Shown here in pieces: positions 19,675 to 29,268 of a DNA stretch of 64,000 nucleotides. Under the pieces are notes generated by a model. The model was not told the origin of the DNA. It made no database searches and saw only the letters and a program-made list of their open reading frames with translations. The translations under genes and the position numbers were made by a program. This stretch comes from Gammaproteobacteria bacterium (GTDB lineage: Bacteria; Pseudomonadota; Gammaproteobacteria; GCA-001735895). The stretch's first letter is position 1. Every line of letters starts with the position of its first letter. Where the stretch lies: contig JASJCI010000007.1 of the NCBI GenBank assembly GCA_030066085.1, positions 28,363-92,362 of the forward strand, given 5' to 3'.

Positions 19675-21204
19675 TCAGGAAGCCAGCCGGCGCGGCGATG
19701 CGCGGCGGGTGACCGCACCGCCCTCGCCCAGCATGGTCTCGCTCAGGCCGCGGTCGGTGTGGTTCATCTTCAGCGACAGGAGTTTCTGCGCGTACTCCAG
19801 TACGCGCCCGTGATAACGCGGATCGTCGGCCCGATTGACATATTCACCCGGATCCTCGCGCAAATCGAAGAACAGCGGCGGCAGGGCGGCAAAATGCACG
19901 TACTTGTAGTCGTGATCGCGCAACACCGAGATCCCGCACTGGTGCAGCGTTAATCCCAGGTGACGCTCGATGGCGTCATCGCGTACGTTGCGAAAATCGT
20001 ATTCCCAGAACGCGGCATCGCGCCAGCCCGACGGCATTTCACCGTTACGTAATGCCGGCAGCAGGGAAAAGCCGTCACACTGGCTGGGCTGGTCGAGGCC
20101 GAGCCAGTCAAGCATGGTCGGCATGACATCGACGCTCTCGGTAAACGCCTGTACCCGTGTCCCGCGCGTGGCATTGGCCGCGGCGGACGGATCGCGCACG
20201 ATCAACGGGATGTGGTAGGACTGATCGAAGTAACCGAGCTTGGACATCAGCCAGTGGTCACCCATCTGCTCGCCGTGATCGGTGGTCACAATAATCAGTG
20301 TTTCATCCCACTGGTCGCAGGCTTTCAACATCGCAAACAGGCGGCCCAGGTTTTCATCGACTTCGTGGATCAGGCCGAAGTAGTTAACCATGTCCTGCTG
20401 CGTCTCCCGTATATCGTCCGGCGCGCGATACCGGCTGTGATTGAGGAAATAATCCAGCAGCGGATGCTGCAGGGCTTCCTCGGCAGGAGTTTTACAGCGC
20501 TGCGGCAACGGCATATCGCCCGGCTCGTACATCGCGTGGTAGGGATCGGGCGCATGAAACGGTGGGTGCGGCCGCAGCAGCGACAGGTGGGTAATCCAGG
20601 GTCCATCCTGCGCTTCGATCCACTCGATACAGCGTTCCGTCATGAAATGCGTTTCGTGATCTTCACGATCCATCGCCAGCGGCAGCACCTGCGCACCACC
20701 CTGCCCCCAGTCAGCTGCATCCTCGCGCATCGAGTACAGGCCCCAGGGACGCTCGGGAATCGGGTAACCCCGCTCGCGCATGTAATCAACCCAGTCCGCC
20801 GACACCTCGTCGACCATCGGTGTATAGGTGCCGATGCCCGGCAGCGGCTCGCTGTAGTGGCGCAGGCGCGGATCGTTGTCGTCGAGACCGCGCGGATCGA
20901 TGGCGGAATCGGTATAACCGAACAGCGACGGATCGTAACCGGCGGCGCGCACGCACAATGCCCAGTTGTCGAAACGACTGTCCAGCGGTGCGCCGTTGGT
21001 CACGCAGCGGTGATTCTGCATGTACATGCCGGTATGCAGCGAGCTGCGGCTGGGCGCGCAGGGCGCTGCCTGCGCGTAATGGTTTTCGAACAAGACACCG
21101 TCCCGCGCGAGTGCATCGAGGTTCGGGGTTTGCACGAAGGGATGACCGAGTAGCGACAGGCATTCCGCGCGCCACTGGTCCGCGGTAATGAATAGAATGT
21201 TCAT
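19675..21204 (-). CDS. sulfatase / phosphonate-monoester-hydrolase family enzyme
   Basis: NILFITADQWR, CAPSR (CxPxR), TTDHGE. Confidence 0.88.
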   Translation of the reverse strand: MNILFITADQWRAECLSLLGHPFVQTPNLDALARDGVLFENHYAQAAPCAPSRSSLHTGMYMQNHRCVTNGAPLDSRFDNWALCVRAAGYDPSLFGYTDSAIDPRGLDDNDPRLRHYSEPLPGIGTYTPMVDEVSADWVDYMRERGYPIPERPWGLYSMREDAADWGQGGAQVLPLAMDREDHETHFMTERCIEWIEAQDGPWITHLSLLRPHPPFHAPDPYHAMYEPGDMPLPQRCKTPAEEALQHPLLDYFLNHSRYRAPDDIRETQQDMVNYFGLIHEVDENLGRLFAMLKACDQWDETLIIVTTDHGEQMGDHWLMSKLGYFDQSYHIPLIVRDPSAAANATRGTRVQAFTESVDVMPTMLDWLGLDQPSQCDGFSLLPALRNGEMPSGWRDAAFWEYDFRNVRDDAIERHLGLTLHQCGISVLRDHDYKYVHFAALPPLFFDLREDPGEYVNRADDPRYHGRVLEYAQKLLSLKMNHTDRGLSETMLGEGGAVTRRASPRRLAS

Positions 21205-21314
21205 GACTTCGACAACCGTTCCGTTACCCGCCGGCGGCGGCCTGCGCCTATCCTAGCGAAAACGTCCTGGAGCGAAAATGACAATTTTTCGATGGCGGCC
21301 ATAGCCACAATCGA

Positions 21315-22646
21315 TCAGCTCATCAACAGCGGATCGAACGGACAGTTCACCATGTTTTCGCAGCCGTCCTCGGTAACCAGCAACTGGTCCTCGAGCTTGA
21401 TCCCGTCCGGTCCGCCGACCTCGCCCACATAGGCTTCGACACACAGCATCATGCCGGGCTCGAGCACACCCGAATAACCGCGCTCTTGCCAGTCGATCGG
21501 GTACTTGATCGCGGGCCATTCGTCGCACAGGCCGACGCCATGGAACTTGGAACCGTAGCGCTGCGGGATAAATTCCTCCGGCAGGTGGTGACCGCCCTCG
21601 GTCAGTTCCTGGAAACTGATGCCGGGCCGTACCAGTTCGGCATTGGTCATGATGTGCTCGTAGGCAATCGAATGCAGGTCTTTCTGCCGCTGCGTCGGCC
21701 GGCCGTCGCCGATAAACCAGGTGCGCGAGATATCGGTACACATGCCGTAACAGCCGATCAGGTCGGTGTCGAAGGCGAGAATCTCGTTGTTGCCGAGGAT
21801 GCGCGGACCGCATTCCTGGAACCAGGGATTGGTGCGCTGGCCGGTGGACAGGATGCGCGTTTCGATCCATTCGCCGCCGCGGCGAATGTTGGACTTGTGC
21901 AGCTCGGCCCAGACGTCGTTTTCGGTCATGCCGGGCCGGGTCAGTTCGCGCATCTCGGCAATCGACGCCTCGCAGGCGTGGATCGCGCAACGCATCGCCA
22001 GGATCTCGTCCGGGCCCTTGATCGAACGCACGCGCTCCATCAGCTCTTCGCCGTCCATGACCTCGATGCCCGCTGCGTCGAGCGCGCGCAGACCGGCAAT
22101 CTGGATCTTGTCGACCGCCACCCGGCGACCCTTGCCGACGCGCGCCTGCAGGACTTCGTCGACCTGGCCGACAAATTTTTCCGCCTTCTCCTCGGTGCGC
22201 TGTCCGGTGGCGAAATAGAAGAACGACGCGCCCGCGCGCACTTCGCGCACCAGCGGGTTGTAGTCCGACAGGTAGGCATAACCGCCATACTCCCACAGCA
22301 CCATGTGGCCGTCGGCGGTGACCAGCACCGCGCGAAACGGGTTGTGCGCGTTCCACAGCTGCATGTGGGTGGTATCGGTGGCGTAGCGAATCGACAGCGG
22401 GTCGAACAGCAGCACGCCGTCGAGATCGCGCTGGTGCAGGCCGGCGACGATCCGCTCGAGCCGGTACTGGCGCATGCGCGGCAGGTCCGGGCATTCGAGC
22501 CCGGCGGCTTGCCATTCGGCATAAGCCAGCGGCGTCGGGCCGATCTCGATACGATCGTTGTCGTCGGGCGTGTTGTCCGGCCGCATTGCCGGGCGGCGCG
22601 CCGGGTTGACCTTGGGATCGGGGATCGAATGCGGGTTGGTCGCCAT
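21315..22646 (-). CDS. dddP: DddP-like DMSP lyase (M24 peptidase fold)
   Basis: DNDRIEIGPTPLA, MQLWNAHNPFRA, NIRRGGEWIETR, TNPWFQECG, HGVGLCDEWP match my recollection of roseobacter DddP. Confidence 0.8.
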   Translation of the reverse strand: MATNPHSIPDPKVNPARRPAMRPDNTPDDNDRIEIGPTPLAYAEWQAAGLECPDLPRMRQYRLERIVAGLHQRDLDGVLLFDPLSIRYATDTTHMQLWNAHNPFRAVLVTADGHMVLWEYGGYAYLSDYNPLVREVRAGASFFYFATGQRTEEKAEKFVGQVDEVLQARVGKGRRVAVDKIQIAGLRALDAAGIEVMDGEELMERVRSIKGPDEILAMRCAIHACEASIAEMRELTRPGMTENDVWAELHKSNIRRGGEWIETRILSTGQRTNPWFQECGPRILGNNEILAFDTDLIGCYGMCTDISRTWFIGDGRPTQRQKDLHSIAYEHIMTNAELVRPGISFQELTEGGHHLPEEFIPQRYGSKFHGVGLCDEWPAIKYPIDWQERGYSGVLEPGMMLCVEAYVGEVGGPDGIKLEDQLLVTEDGCENMVNCPFDPLLMS

Positions 22647-22647
22647 G

Positions 22648-25068
22648 TCAGCTCCTGAGCCTGCTGCCGCTCGCGTCGAACGGCGGTTGTTCGAGAATGA
22701 CGCCGGCGTGCGGCTGGCCGAGAATCGCGACCTCGAGCGCGGTGCCGGGCGCGGCGTGTTCGCTGGTGACGAAACATAACGCCAGTGACGCGCCCACCGA
22801 ATGTCCGTAGGCGCCGGAACTGACCCGGCCGACCGGTGTACCGTCGGTCAGGAACACCGGTTCGCCGCCGTTGGCGTCGGCCTTGTCGGCTTCGACCTGC
22901 ACGATGACGAGCTTTTCGCGCGGCGGCTTGTCCTTGATCGCGAGGTAGGCATCACGGCCGAGAAATTCCGGCTTGTCGAGCTTGATCAGCCGGTCGAGGC
23001 CAACTTCCTGCGGCCAGTACTCCGGCGAATACTCGCGGCTCCAGCTGCCGTAACCTTTCTCCACCCGCAGTGACAGCAGCGCGCGGCCGCCGACCGGGCG
23101 CACGCCGAGCGGCGCACCGGCTTCGAACAGCGCGTCGTAGAGCGCGGCCTGCTGTTCGATCGGCACGTAGATTTCCCAGCCGAGATCGCCGCTGAAGGAG
23201 ACGCGAATCGCGACCGCGTCGATTCCGGCAACGGTGATTTTTCGATTGCGCATGAAACCGAAGGCTTCGTTCGACAGGTCGGCATCCGTCAGCTGCGACA
23301 GCAGTTCGCGCGCCTTCGGTCCGGCAACGTTGAACCCGGCCCAGGCCTCGGTCAGGCTTACGAAGGAGACCGTGTCGGCTTTTTCCACCATGTCGAAATA
23401 TCGCTGGTGATAGCGCTCGGCGATGCCCGAGCCGATCATCAGGAAATCCTCGTCATCGAGCCTGGTGATGGTAAAGTCGCCGGCGATGCCGCCGCGCAGA
23501 CCGATCATCGGCGTCAGGCAGGAGCGCCCGGTCTCGACCGGCACGCGGTTGGCGACCAGGCGGTCGAGATAATCGGCCGCGCCGGCGCCGCGGACGCGGT
23601 ACTTGGCGAAGTTGGAGATATCGATGATACCGACCGCTTCGCGCAGCGCTCGGCACTCGGCCGCTGCCGGTTCGAACCAGTTCTGCCGCGCAAAACCGTA
23701 GGTCTCGACCGGCTGCATGCCGACTGGCGCGTACCACAGCGGGTGTTCGTAGCCGTAACTGAGGCCGAACACGGCACCCATGGATTTCTGTTTTTCGTAC
23801 ACCGGGCGGGTCTTGATCGGCCGCCCGGCCGCGCGCTCTTCGTAGGGAAAATGGATCTTGAAACGATGCGAATACTGGTCCAGCGCCCGCGCTTTGGTGA
23901 ACTCGGTATTGGCCCAGTCACCGAAGCGCGCGAGATCCCAGCCGAACAGGTCCATGACCGGTTCACCCTCGACGATCCACTGCGCCATGGTGGTACCGAG
24001 ACCGCCCGATTGCGAAAAGCCCGGGATGATGCCGCAGCAGCAGAAGTAGTTTTTCAGTTCGGGCACCGGGCCGATCAGTGCCGAGCTGTCGGGCGACCAG
24101 ATCATCGGCCCGTTGATCACGCGCTTGATGCCGGCCTCGCCGAGCAGCGGAATACGATCGACCGCGCGCATGACATTTTCCTCGATACGCTCCAGGTCTT
24201 CGTCGAGCAGCTCGTGGCCGAAATCCATCGGCGTACCCTGCTCCGCCCAGTAGCGCCCGTCCTTTTCGTAGGCGCCGACCAGCAGCCCCTGCCCTTCCTG
24301 GCGCAGGTAGTACTCGCCGTCGCGATCGGCGATCAGCGGCAGGCGTTCCTCGCGCGCCTCGATTTCCGGGATCGCCTCGGTGACGAAGTACTGGTGCTCC
24401 ATCGGGATCAGCGGCAGCTGGATACCGGCCATCGCCGCCACCTCGCGCGCCCACAGGCCGGCAGCATTGACAACGACATCCGCGTGAATCGTGCCCTTGT
24501 CGGTTTCGACATCCCAGCCGCCATCCGCGCGCGGATGGGTACCGAGCACCGGCGTGAAGCGATGCACCTCGGCGCCACGCTGGCGCGCGCCCTTGATGTA
24601 GGCGTAGGTTACGCCTGAAGGGTCGACGTGACCGCCATCGGGTTCGTACATGATGCAGCGGATACCGTCGAGGTTGACCAGCGGATGCATGGCCTCGGCC
24701 TCGGCGCGGCTCAACTCGTGGAAATCGACCTGGAAGTAACGCGCCTTGGCGGCCTGCATGCGCAGCTGGTATTCACGATCCTCGCTCTGCGCAAGATACA
24801 GCGTACCCGGCTGGGTGATGCCGCAGCCCTGCCCGGTTTCGCGCTCGAGCTCTTCGTAGAGCTGCATCGTGTAGTACTGCAGCCTGGAGATATTGTTGTT
24901 GTCATGCAGGCCGTGGATGCCGGCTGCCGCGTGCCAGGTCGAGCCCGAGGTCAGTTCGTCGCGTTCGAGCAGCATGACGTCGGTCCAGCCGAGCTTGGTC
25001 AGGTGATACAGGATAGACGCGCCGACCAGGCCGCCGCCGATGACTACTGCTTGTGCATGCGTTTTCAT
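22648..25068 (-). CDS. GcvT-family flavoprotein (dimethylglycine/sarcosine dehydrogenase-like)
   Basis: 806 aa; IGGGLVG, LTSGSTWHAA, C-terminal THF domain LRVEKGY. Confidence 0.9.
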   Translation of the reverse strand: MKTHAQAVVIGGGLVGASILYHLTKLGWTDVMLLERDELTSGSTWHAAAGIHGLHDNNNISRLQYYTMQLYEELERETGQGCGITQPGTLYLAQSEDREYQLRMQAAKARYFQVDFHELSRAEAEAMHPLVNLDGIRCIMYEPDGGHVDPSGVTYAYIKGARQRGAEVHRFTPVLGTHPRADGGWDVETDKGTIHADVVVNAAGLWAREVAAMAGIQLPLIPMEHQYFVTEAIPEIEAREERLPLIADRDGEYYLRQEGQGLLVGAYEKDGRYWAEQGTPMDFGHELLDEDLERIEENVMRAVDRIPLLGEAGIKRVINGPMIWSPDSSALIGPVPELKNYFCCCGIIPGFSQSGGLGTTMAQWIVEGEPVMDLFGWDLARFGDWANTEFTKARALDQYSHRFKIHFPYEERAAGRPIKTRPVYEKQKSMGAVFGLSYGYEHPLWYAPVGMQPVETYGFARQNWFEPAAAECRALREAVGIIDISNFAKYRVRGAGAADYLDRLVANRVPVETGRSCLTPMIGLRGGIAGDFTITRLDDEDFLMIGSGIAERYHQRYFDMVEKADTVSFVSLTEAWAGFNVAGPKARELLSQLTDADLSNEAFGFMRNRKITVAGIDAVAIRVSFSGDLGWEIYVPIEQQAALYDALFEAGAPLGVRPVGGRALLSLRVEKGYGSWSREYSPEYWPQEVGLDRLIKLDKPEFLGRDAYLAIKDKPPREKLVIVQVEADKADANGGEPVFLTDGTPVGRVSSGAYGHSVGASLALCFVTSEHAAPGTALEVAILGQPHAGVILEQPPFDASGSRLRS

Positions 25069-25156
25069 TTGATTGACTCACCACTAATGGCACTGGATTC
25101 ACGAGTTCCCGGGTAATCGCGCCGCGATTCCAGGGACGACGCCCGCGGTGTCGCTT

Positions 25157-26395
25157 TCAATGCACCGGCTCCGCTGCCGGCATAGCCGCCAGCATCTGTT
25201 CGATTATAGGTGGCGCCACCGCCAGCGGATAGGACTGCAAGCCGTGCAGGCCGCCGGCGAAACTGGGTTCACCCGCGGATCTGCGCGCGGGAAGAATATT
25301 GAAGCCGAGCCCCATGCCGAAACAGCCCGGCACGATCTCGCCGCTATCGAGATCGCGCAGGCGACCGGCCGCGGTCGGCGCGCCCAGCCGCAGCGCATGA
25401 CCATCGCGCTCGACCGGCGGCAGGCGGGGTGCAAATCCAGTGCCCTGCAGGATCAGGCCCGCCCCGGCAAGCAAATCCTGCTGTTCGGACAGCTCGCCCA
25501 TAGGCTGCAGGCGCGCTCGCGTCTCGCGACCATCGCGGATATCGAGATAGAGAAACTTGGCATCCTTGCGCAGGCCGGCGTTGAAAAACACCGTGTTGGT
25601 CCTGGGACAGACATCGCTTGCGGGGTCGAACTCGATTCGATGCTCGCGCGCGAACGCGGGCGTACAGCGCAGCTTGAACTGTTCGCGCCGATGCAGGATC
25701 ACGATCTCGCGCGCGGCGGCAAACTCGGCGAACAGCGGATCGTGCAGCAGTCGCCAGGCGCATGAAAAGGCGCTGTGGGAGCCGCCGACGATCACGATCG
25801 GTCGACGGTTTTGCGGCAGACCATCGAGATTCGCGCGCATCAGGAATCGCGCCGAGCCTTCCCAGCAACCAGCGAAGGGCTCGAGTTCGGGCAGGATCGC
25901 GTCGTCGCCGCCGCAGCAGAACAGCAGCTGGCGGCTGCGGCCCAGCGGCCGATCCCGCGCGTCGAACGTGTGATACCCGTCCGGGCGCAGGGCGACCCGC
26001 ACGATACGCGTACCGGTGACGAGCCTGTCACCGAGCAACCCGGTCAGCGCATCGGCCAGCGGCTCGACCAGCAGCGCACCGATGCGCGGCAGCGCGATCA
26101 GGCGTTGCTGCGTCTCCGGCAGCGCAACGTAAGCGTCGCGCACGCGCGTGAAAGGCGTACCGTCGGCAATCCCCTCGATCACGTCATGCGCGCTGGTGTT
26201 GGCGTTGATGCGGTAATCACTCATCTGGCCGCCCGGGCGATCCGCCGCCTCGAAGAAAATACTGTCGTCGAGCAGCCGTTGCTCGGGGCATGCGGCGCCG
26301 TCGGCGGCGGCTATTCGATTGCACAGGGCGAGCACCAGCCCGATTCCCGCCGGCCCGGTGCCGATCACCTGGAGCTCGCAATCCCTCACCTGCAA
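25157..26395 (-). CDS. uncharacterised FAD/NAD(P)-binding oxidoreductase
   Basis: VIGTGPAG and IVGGSHSA dinucleotide motifs; TTG start uncertain. Confidence 0.65.
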   Translation of the reverse strand: MQVRDCELQVIGTGPAGIGLVLALCNRIAAADGAACPEQRLLDDSIFFEAADRPGGQMSDYRINANTSAHDVIEGIADGTPFTRVRDAYVALPETQQRLIALPRIGALLVEPLADALTGLLGDRLVTGTRIVRVALRPDGYHTFDARDRPLGRSRQLLFCCGGDDAILPELEPFAGCWEGSARFLMRANLDGLPQNRRPIVIVGGSHSAFSCAWRLLHDPLFAEFAAAREIVILHRREQFKLRCTPAFAREHRIEFDPASDVCPRTNTVFFNAGLRKDAKFLYLDIRDGRETRARLQPMGELSEQQDLLAGAGLILQGTGFAPRLPPVERDGHALRLGAPTAAGRLRDLDSGEIVPGCFGMGLGFNILPARRSAGEPSFAGGLHGLQSYPLAVAPPIIEQMLAAMPAAEPVH

Positions 26396-26505
26396 ACAAC
26401 CTTCACCAGGTCATCTCCGCAACACTCGCGCGGGACCAGCGCAGAATTGCTGGCGAGGCCAATCGAGGTACACGCGTAACCCTTGCGGCGACATCGACAG
26501 CAGCG

Positions 26506-27777
26506 TCAGGCCGCGTTCGCCTCCGCGTGCATGCGCACGATGTCCTCGAGTTCACGCAGGAAAGTGAGTACCTCGGCGGGGGTGTTGTAATGGCACATCG
26601 ACACCCGGATGCAGGTTGGCCGACCGAGCGGCTCGAGAATGTTGCCGGAGAAGTAATCCGCCTTGCGCACGTGCGTGCGGATGCCGCGCGCGTTGAGCTC
26701 GGCGACCACCTCGGCGCAGGGTTTACCCTCGACGATGATCGAGCACAGGCCCTCGCGGGCCGGGTTGTCATGTCCACCGATCAGGTACACCTCGGGCATG
26801 TCGCGCAAACCCTTTTGCGTGCCGTCGCCATCGATCATCAGGCGCACGAGGTCGTGCTCGTGATCGTGAATGGCTTCACCCGCGGCGAGAATACGTTCGC
26901 GTCGGTCGCTCGAATCGGTGAACTGCGAGCCGAGCCAGTCGAAGTACTCGATTACCTTGCTCGTGCAGGCGAATGCCGAAGTATCGCGCGTTCCCATTTC
27001 CCAGAAGTCGTCGGGGGTGCCGTCGAGATGATCGTGCGGCAGCGTCGCGAGCCGCGGTGACAGCCACGCGAAACCGTAGTTGTGGCGTGAAAAAACCTTG
27101 TAGGCTGATACCGCGTAGCCGTCGATATCGTAATCATCGAGCGCCAGTCCGCCGTGCGCGGCGTGCTGGATGCCGTCGAGGATGATGATGCAGTCCGGCG
27201 ACACCGCGCGGATGGTCCTGACGATTGCCTCGACATCAGCGGTCATGCCGGTCACCGGGCTGGTATGGATCAGCGTCGCCACCCGCGTGTCGGCGTCGAC
27301 CACCCTGGCGTAATCCTCGGGGGTTATCGCGGCGCGATCGTTGTCATGCACCGCGGCGCGGTACTCCTTGCCGGCGATCTCGGCCCAGCGCCGGCTCGCG
27401 CTCGCGGTGGCGGGATGCTCCAGCGTACTGCCGACCATGTTGCCAGCGGGCGCGGATCCGAGCGCGGCGGCACGCACCATGCGGAAAATCAGCTCGGTAC
27501 CGCTCTCGCCGGTGAACACGGGTCCGCCGGACACGCCGAGGAAGATGCGCATGTTGTCGCGCGCTTCGCTGATGATGCGCACCAGCTCGTGCGAGGCCGG
27601 GTTGTCGCGGCCCTGGTTGTCCGGGATGCCGGCAAGCTCGGTATTGACCTCGACCACCGACTTGAGCGTCAGCGCACCGCCGGCGTTCTCGAAAAAGATA
27701 CGCGAACCCTGATAGGGACAGGTGTCCACGTACATGAAACGGTCACGGACCTGTTGCTGCAAGGATTCGTCGAACAT
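26506..27777 (-). CDS. aminotransferase class V (cysteine-desulfurase-like)
   Basis: FFENAGG, LDGIQH, SAYK (PLP Lys), IRVSMCHYNT. Confidence 0.85.
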   Translation of the reverse strand: MFDESLQQQVRDRFMYVDTCPYQGSRIFFENAGGALTLKSVVEVNTELAGIPDNQGRDNPASHELVRIISEARDNMRIFLGVSGGPVFTGESGTELIFRMVRAAALGSAPAGNMVGSTLEHPATASASRRWAEIAGKEYRAAVHDNDRAAITPEDYARVVDADTRVATLIHTSPVTGMTADVEAIVRTIRAVSPDCIIILDGIQHAAHGGLALDDYDIDGYAVSAYKVFSRHNYGFAWLSPRLATLPHDHLDGTPDDFWEMGTRDTSAFACTSKVIEYFDWLGSQFTDSSDRRERILAAGEAIHDHEHDLVRLMIDGDGTQKGLRDMPEVYLIGGHDNPAREGLCSIIVEGKPCAEVVAELNARGIRTHVRKADYFSGNILEPLGRPTCIRVSMCHYNTPAEVLTFLRELEDIVRMHAEANAA

Positions 27778-27868
27778 GGTGCTTCCCGGTGTCTGTTTGC
27801 TTGTGGATCGTGTCGGCGGCGGATGCCGCCGTCGCCTGGCAGACTAAAGCCTAGCACCCGTAATAATA

Positions 27869-27890
27869 AAAAGATAACGCATTATCTTTT
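27869..27890. promoter_or_regulatory. candidate operator between the divergent LysR and aminotransferase genes
   Basis: AAAAGATAA-cgca-TTATCTTTT perfect 9-bp inverted repeat in an AT-rich spacer. Confidence 0.45.
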
Positions 27891-27935
27891 ACATGTTATA
27901 AATTAATTCTTTATGAATGACCGGCCGGTTTCGAC

Positions 27936-28805
27936 ATGGACATACGCTACCTGGAAAGCCTGATCCAGACCGTGGAAATGGGTTCGATCGCACGCGCGGC
28001 GCGGGCGCAGAACCTGACCCCCGCCGCCGTCGGCCAGCGCATCGCGACCCTCGAAAAATACTTCAACGTGCAGCTGCTGAATCGCAACGCGCACAAGGCG
28101 TCGCCGACCGAAAACTGTCTCAACCTGCTGCCCAGCGCACGCCAGATCGTCAGCGAATTCCGGGCGATGAGCGCGCATATCGAACCGTCAGGACTCGCCG
28201 GCCGGTTCGTGCTTGGCGCGATCTCGACGGCGCTGACCGGGATGCTGCCCGGCACCATCCGCTACCTCGCCGGGGTTGCGCCGAAACTCGCGCTGCAGAT
28301 CAAGCCCGGGACATCCAATTCGCTGTTTGCCGATCTGAGCGAGCGCCGCATCGACGCGGCGATAATCGCGCTGCCGCCCTGGGCTCTGCCGCGCGGCGTC
28401 CAGGCCGAATTGCTGCGCGAGGAGCCACTGGTGCTGTTATCGAGTAATGCGACAGGCGACAACCTGCGCGCGAAGCTCGAACAAAACCCCTATATCTGCT
28501 ACGACGCCGAATCCTGGGGTGGTCTGCGTGCCAGCCAGTTCCTGCGTGACCGGCACATCCGCATAGAACCTTTCTACGAACTGGATGCGCTCGAGGCCAT
28601 CGAAAAGCTCGTGTTGCAGGGCATGGGGGTGTCGCTGGTGCCGCTGTGGTCAGGGCTGGACCTGGCGCAAGCCGGACTCGAGGCGGATATCATCGACGAG
28701 GATCGCTACGCCCGCAGGATCGTGCTCGTCAGCCCGATCGACAGCGCGCGCCCGCAAATCGTCGAAGTGCTCGCCGACGCGCTGAGATCGAGCCAGCCCA
28801 TTTAA
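27936..28805 (+). CDS. LysR-family regulator
   Basis: N-terminal HTH GSIARAARAQNLTPAAVGQRIATLE. Confidence 0.9.
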   Translation: MDIRYLESLIQTVEMGSIARAARAQNLTPAAVGQRIATLEKYFNVQLLNRNAHKASPTENCLNLLPSARQIVSEFRAMSAHIEPSGLAGRFVLGAISTALTGMLPGTIRYLAGVAPKLALQIKPGTSNSLFADLSERRIDAAIIALPPWALPRGVQAELLREEPLVLLSSNATGDNLRAKLEQNPYICYDAESWGGLRASQFLRDRHIRIEPFYELDALEAIEKLVLQGMGVSLVPLWSGLDLAQAGLEADIIDEDRYARRIVLVSPIDSARPQIVEVLADALRSSQPI

Positions 28806-28905
28806 GCTCGCATAATTAAAACTTATTCAAAATCCCTGAAATTCATTGTTTTACAGGTATTTGAATAAGCATTTACGATGCGTTAATCGTTACCGGGAGA
28901 TTTCG

Positions 28906-29268
28906 ATGACCCGCAAAAGACAACACGCATGGCAACTCTGGGGCTGGATCCTGTTTATCGTCTCGGCGCTGTTCTTCATCGCCACCAGCCTGCGTGCAGG
29001 CGATCCGCTCGGCTTGCTCGGCGGGCTGTTTTTCCTGCTAGCCTGCTTCGTGTTCCTGGTACCGCTGGCGGCCGAGGCCGGCTGGCTCAGTAACTTAGCG
29101 CGGCTGCATAGATATTTTCGATATCCACGAGGTTGGTGTCGCGCGGCGCGTTTTTTATTGCCCGCGCCTGCCGCGCCGACGACTGCGCCAGTGCCGGAAT
29201 ATCTTCGCGACCAAATCCGACGCCAGCAAGTCCGTTCGGCGCTCCGGTACTACGCATCAACCCGATAA
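28906..29268 (+). CDS. small two-TM membrane protein with a probably spurious C-terminal read-through
   Basis: GGGAG RBS; two hydrophobic helices in the first 55 aa; the last 182 nt overlap the convergent gene. Confidence 0.55.
   Translation: MTRKRQHAWQLWGWILFIVSALFFIATSLRAGDPLGLLGGLFFLLACFVFLVPLAAEAGWLSNLARLHRYFRYPRGWCRAARFLLPAPAAPTTAPVPEYLRDQIRRQQVRSALRYYASTR

Noticed and set aside
22648-25068. DMSP demethylase DmdA
   Set aside because: DmdA is a stand-alone GcvT-fold protein; this one is 806 aa with an N-terminal FAD domain.
28822-28869. AT-rich inverted repeat CTTATTCAAA/TTTGAATAAG
   Set aside because: Real in the sequence, but it may be a simple operator or terminator; no second copy to support more.
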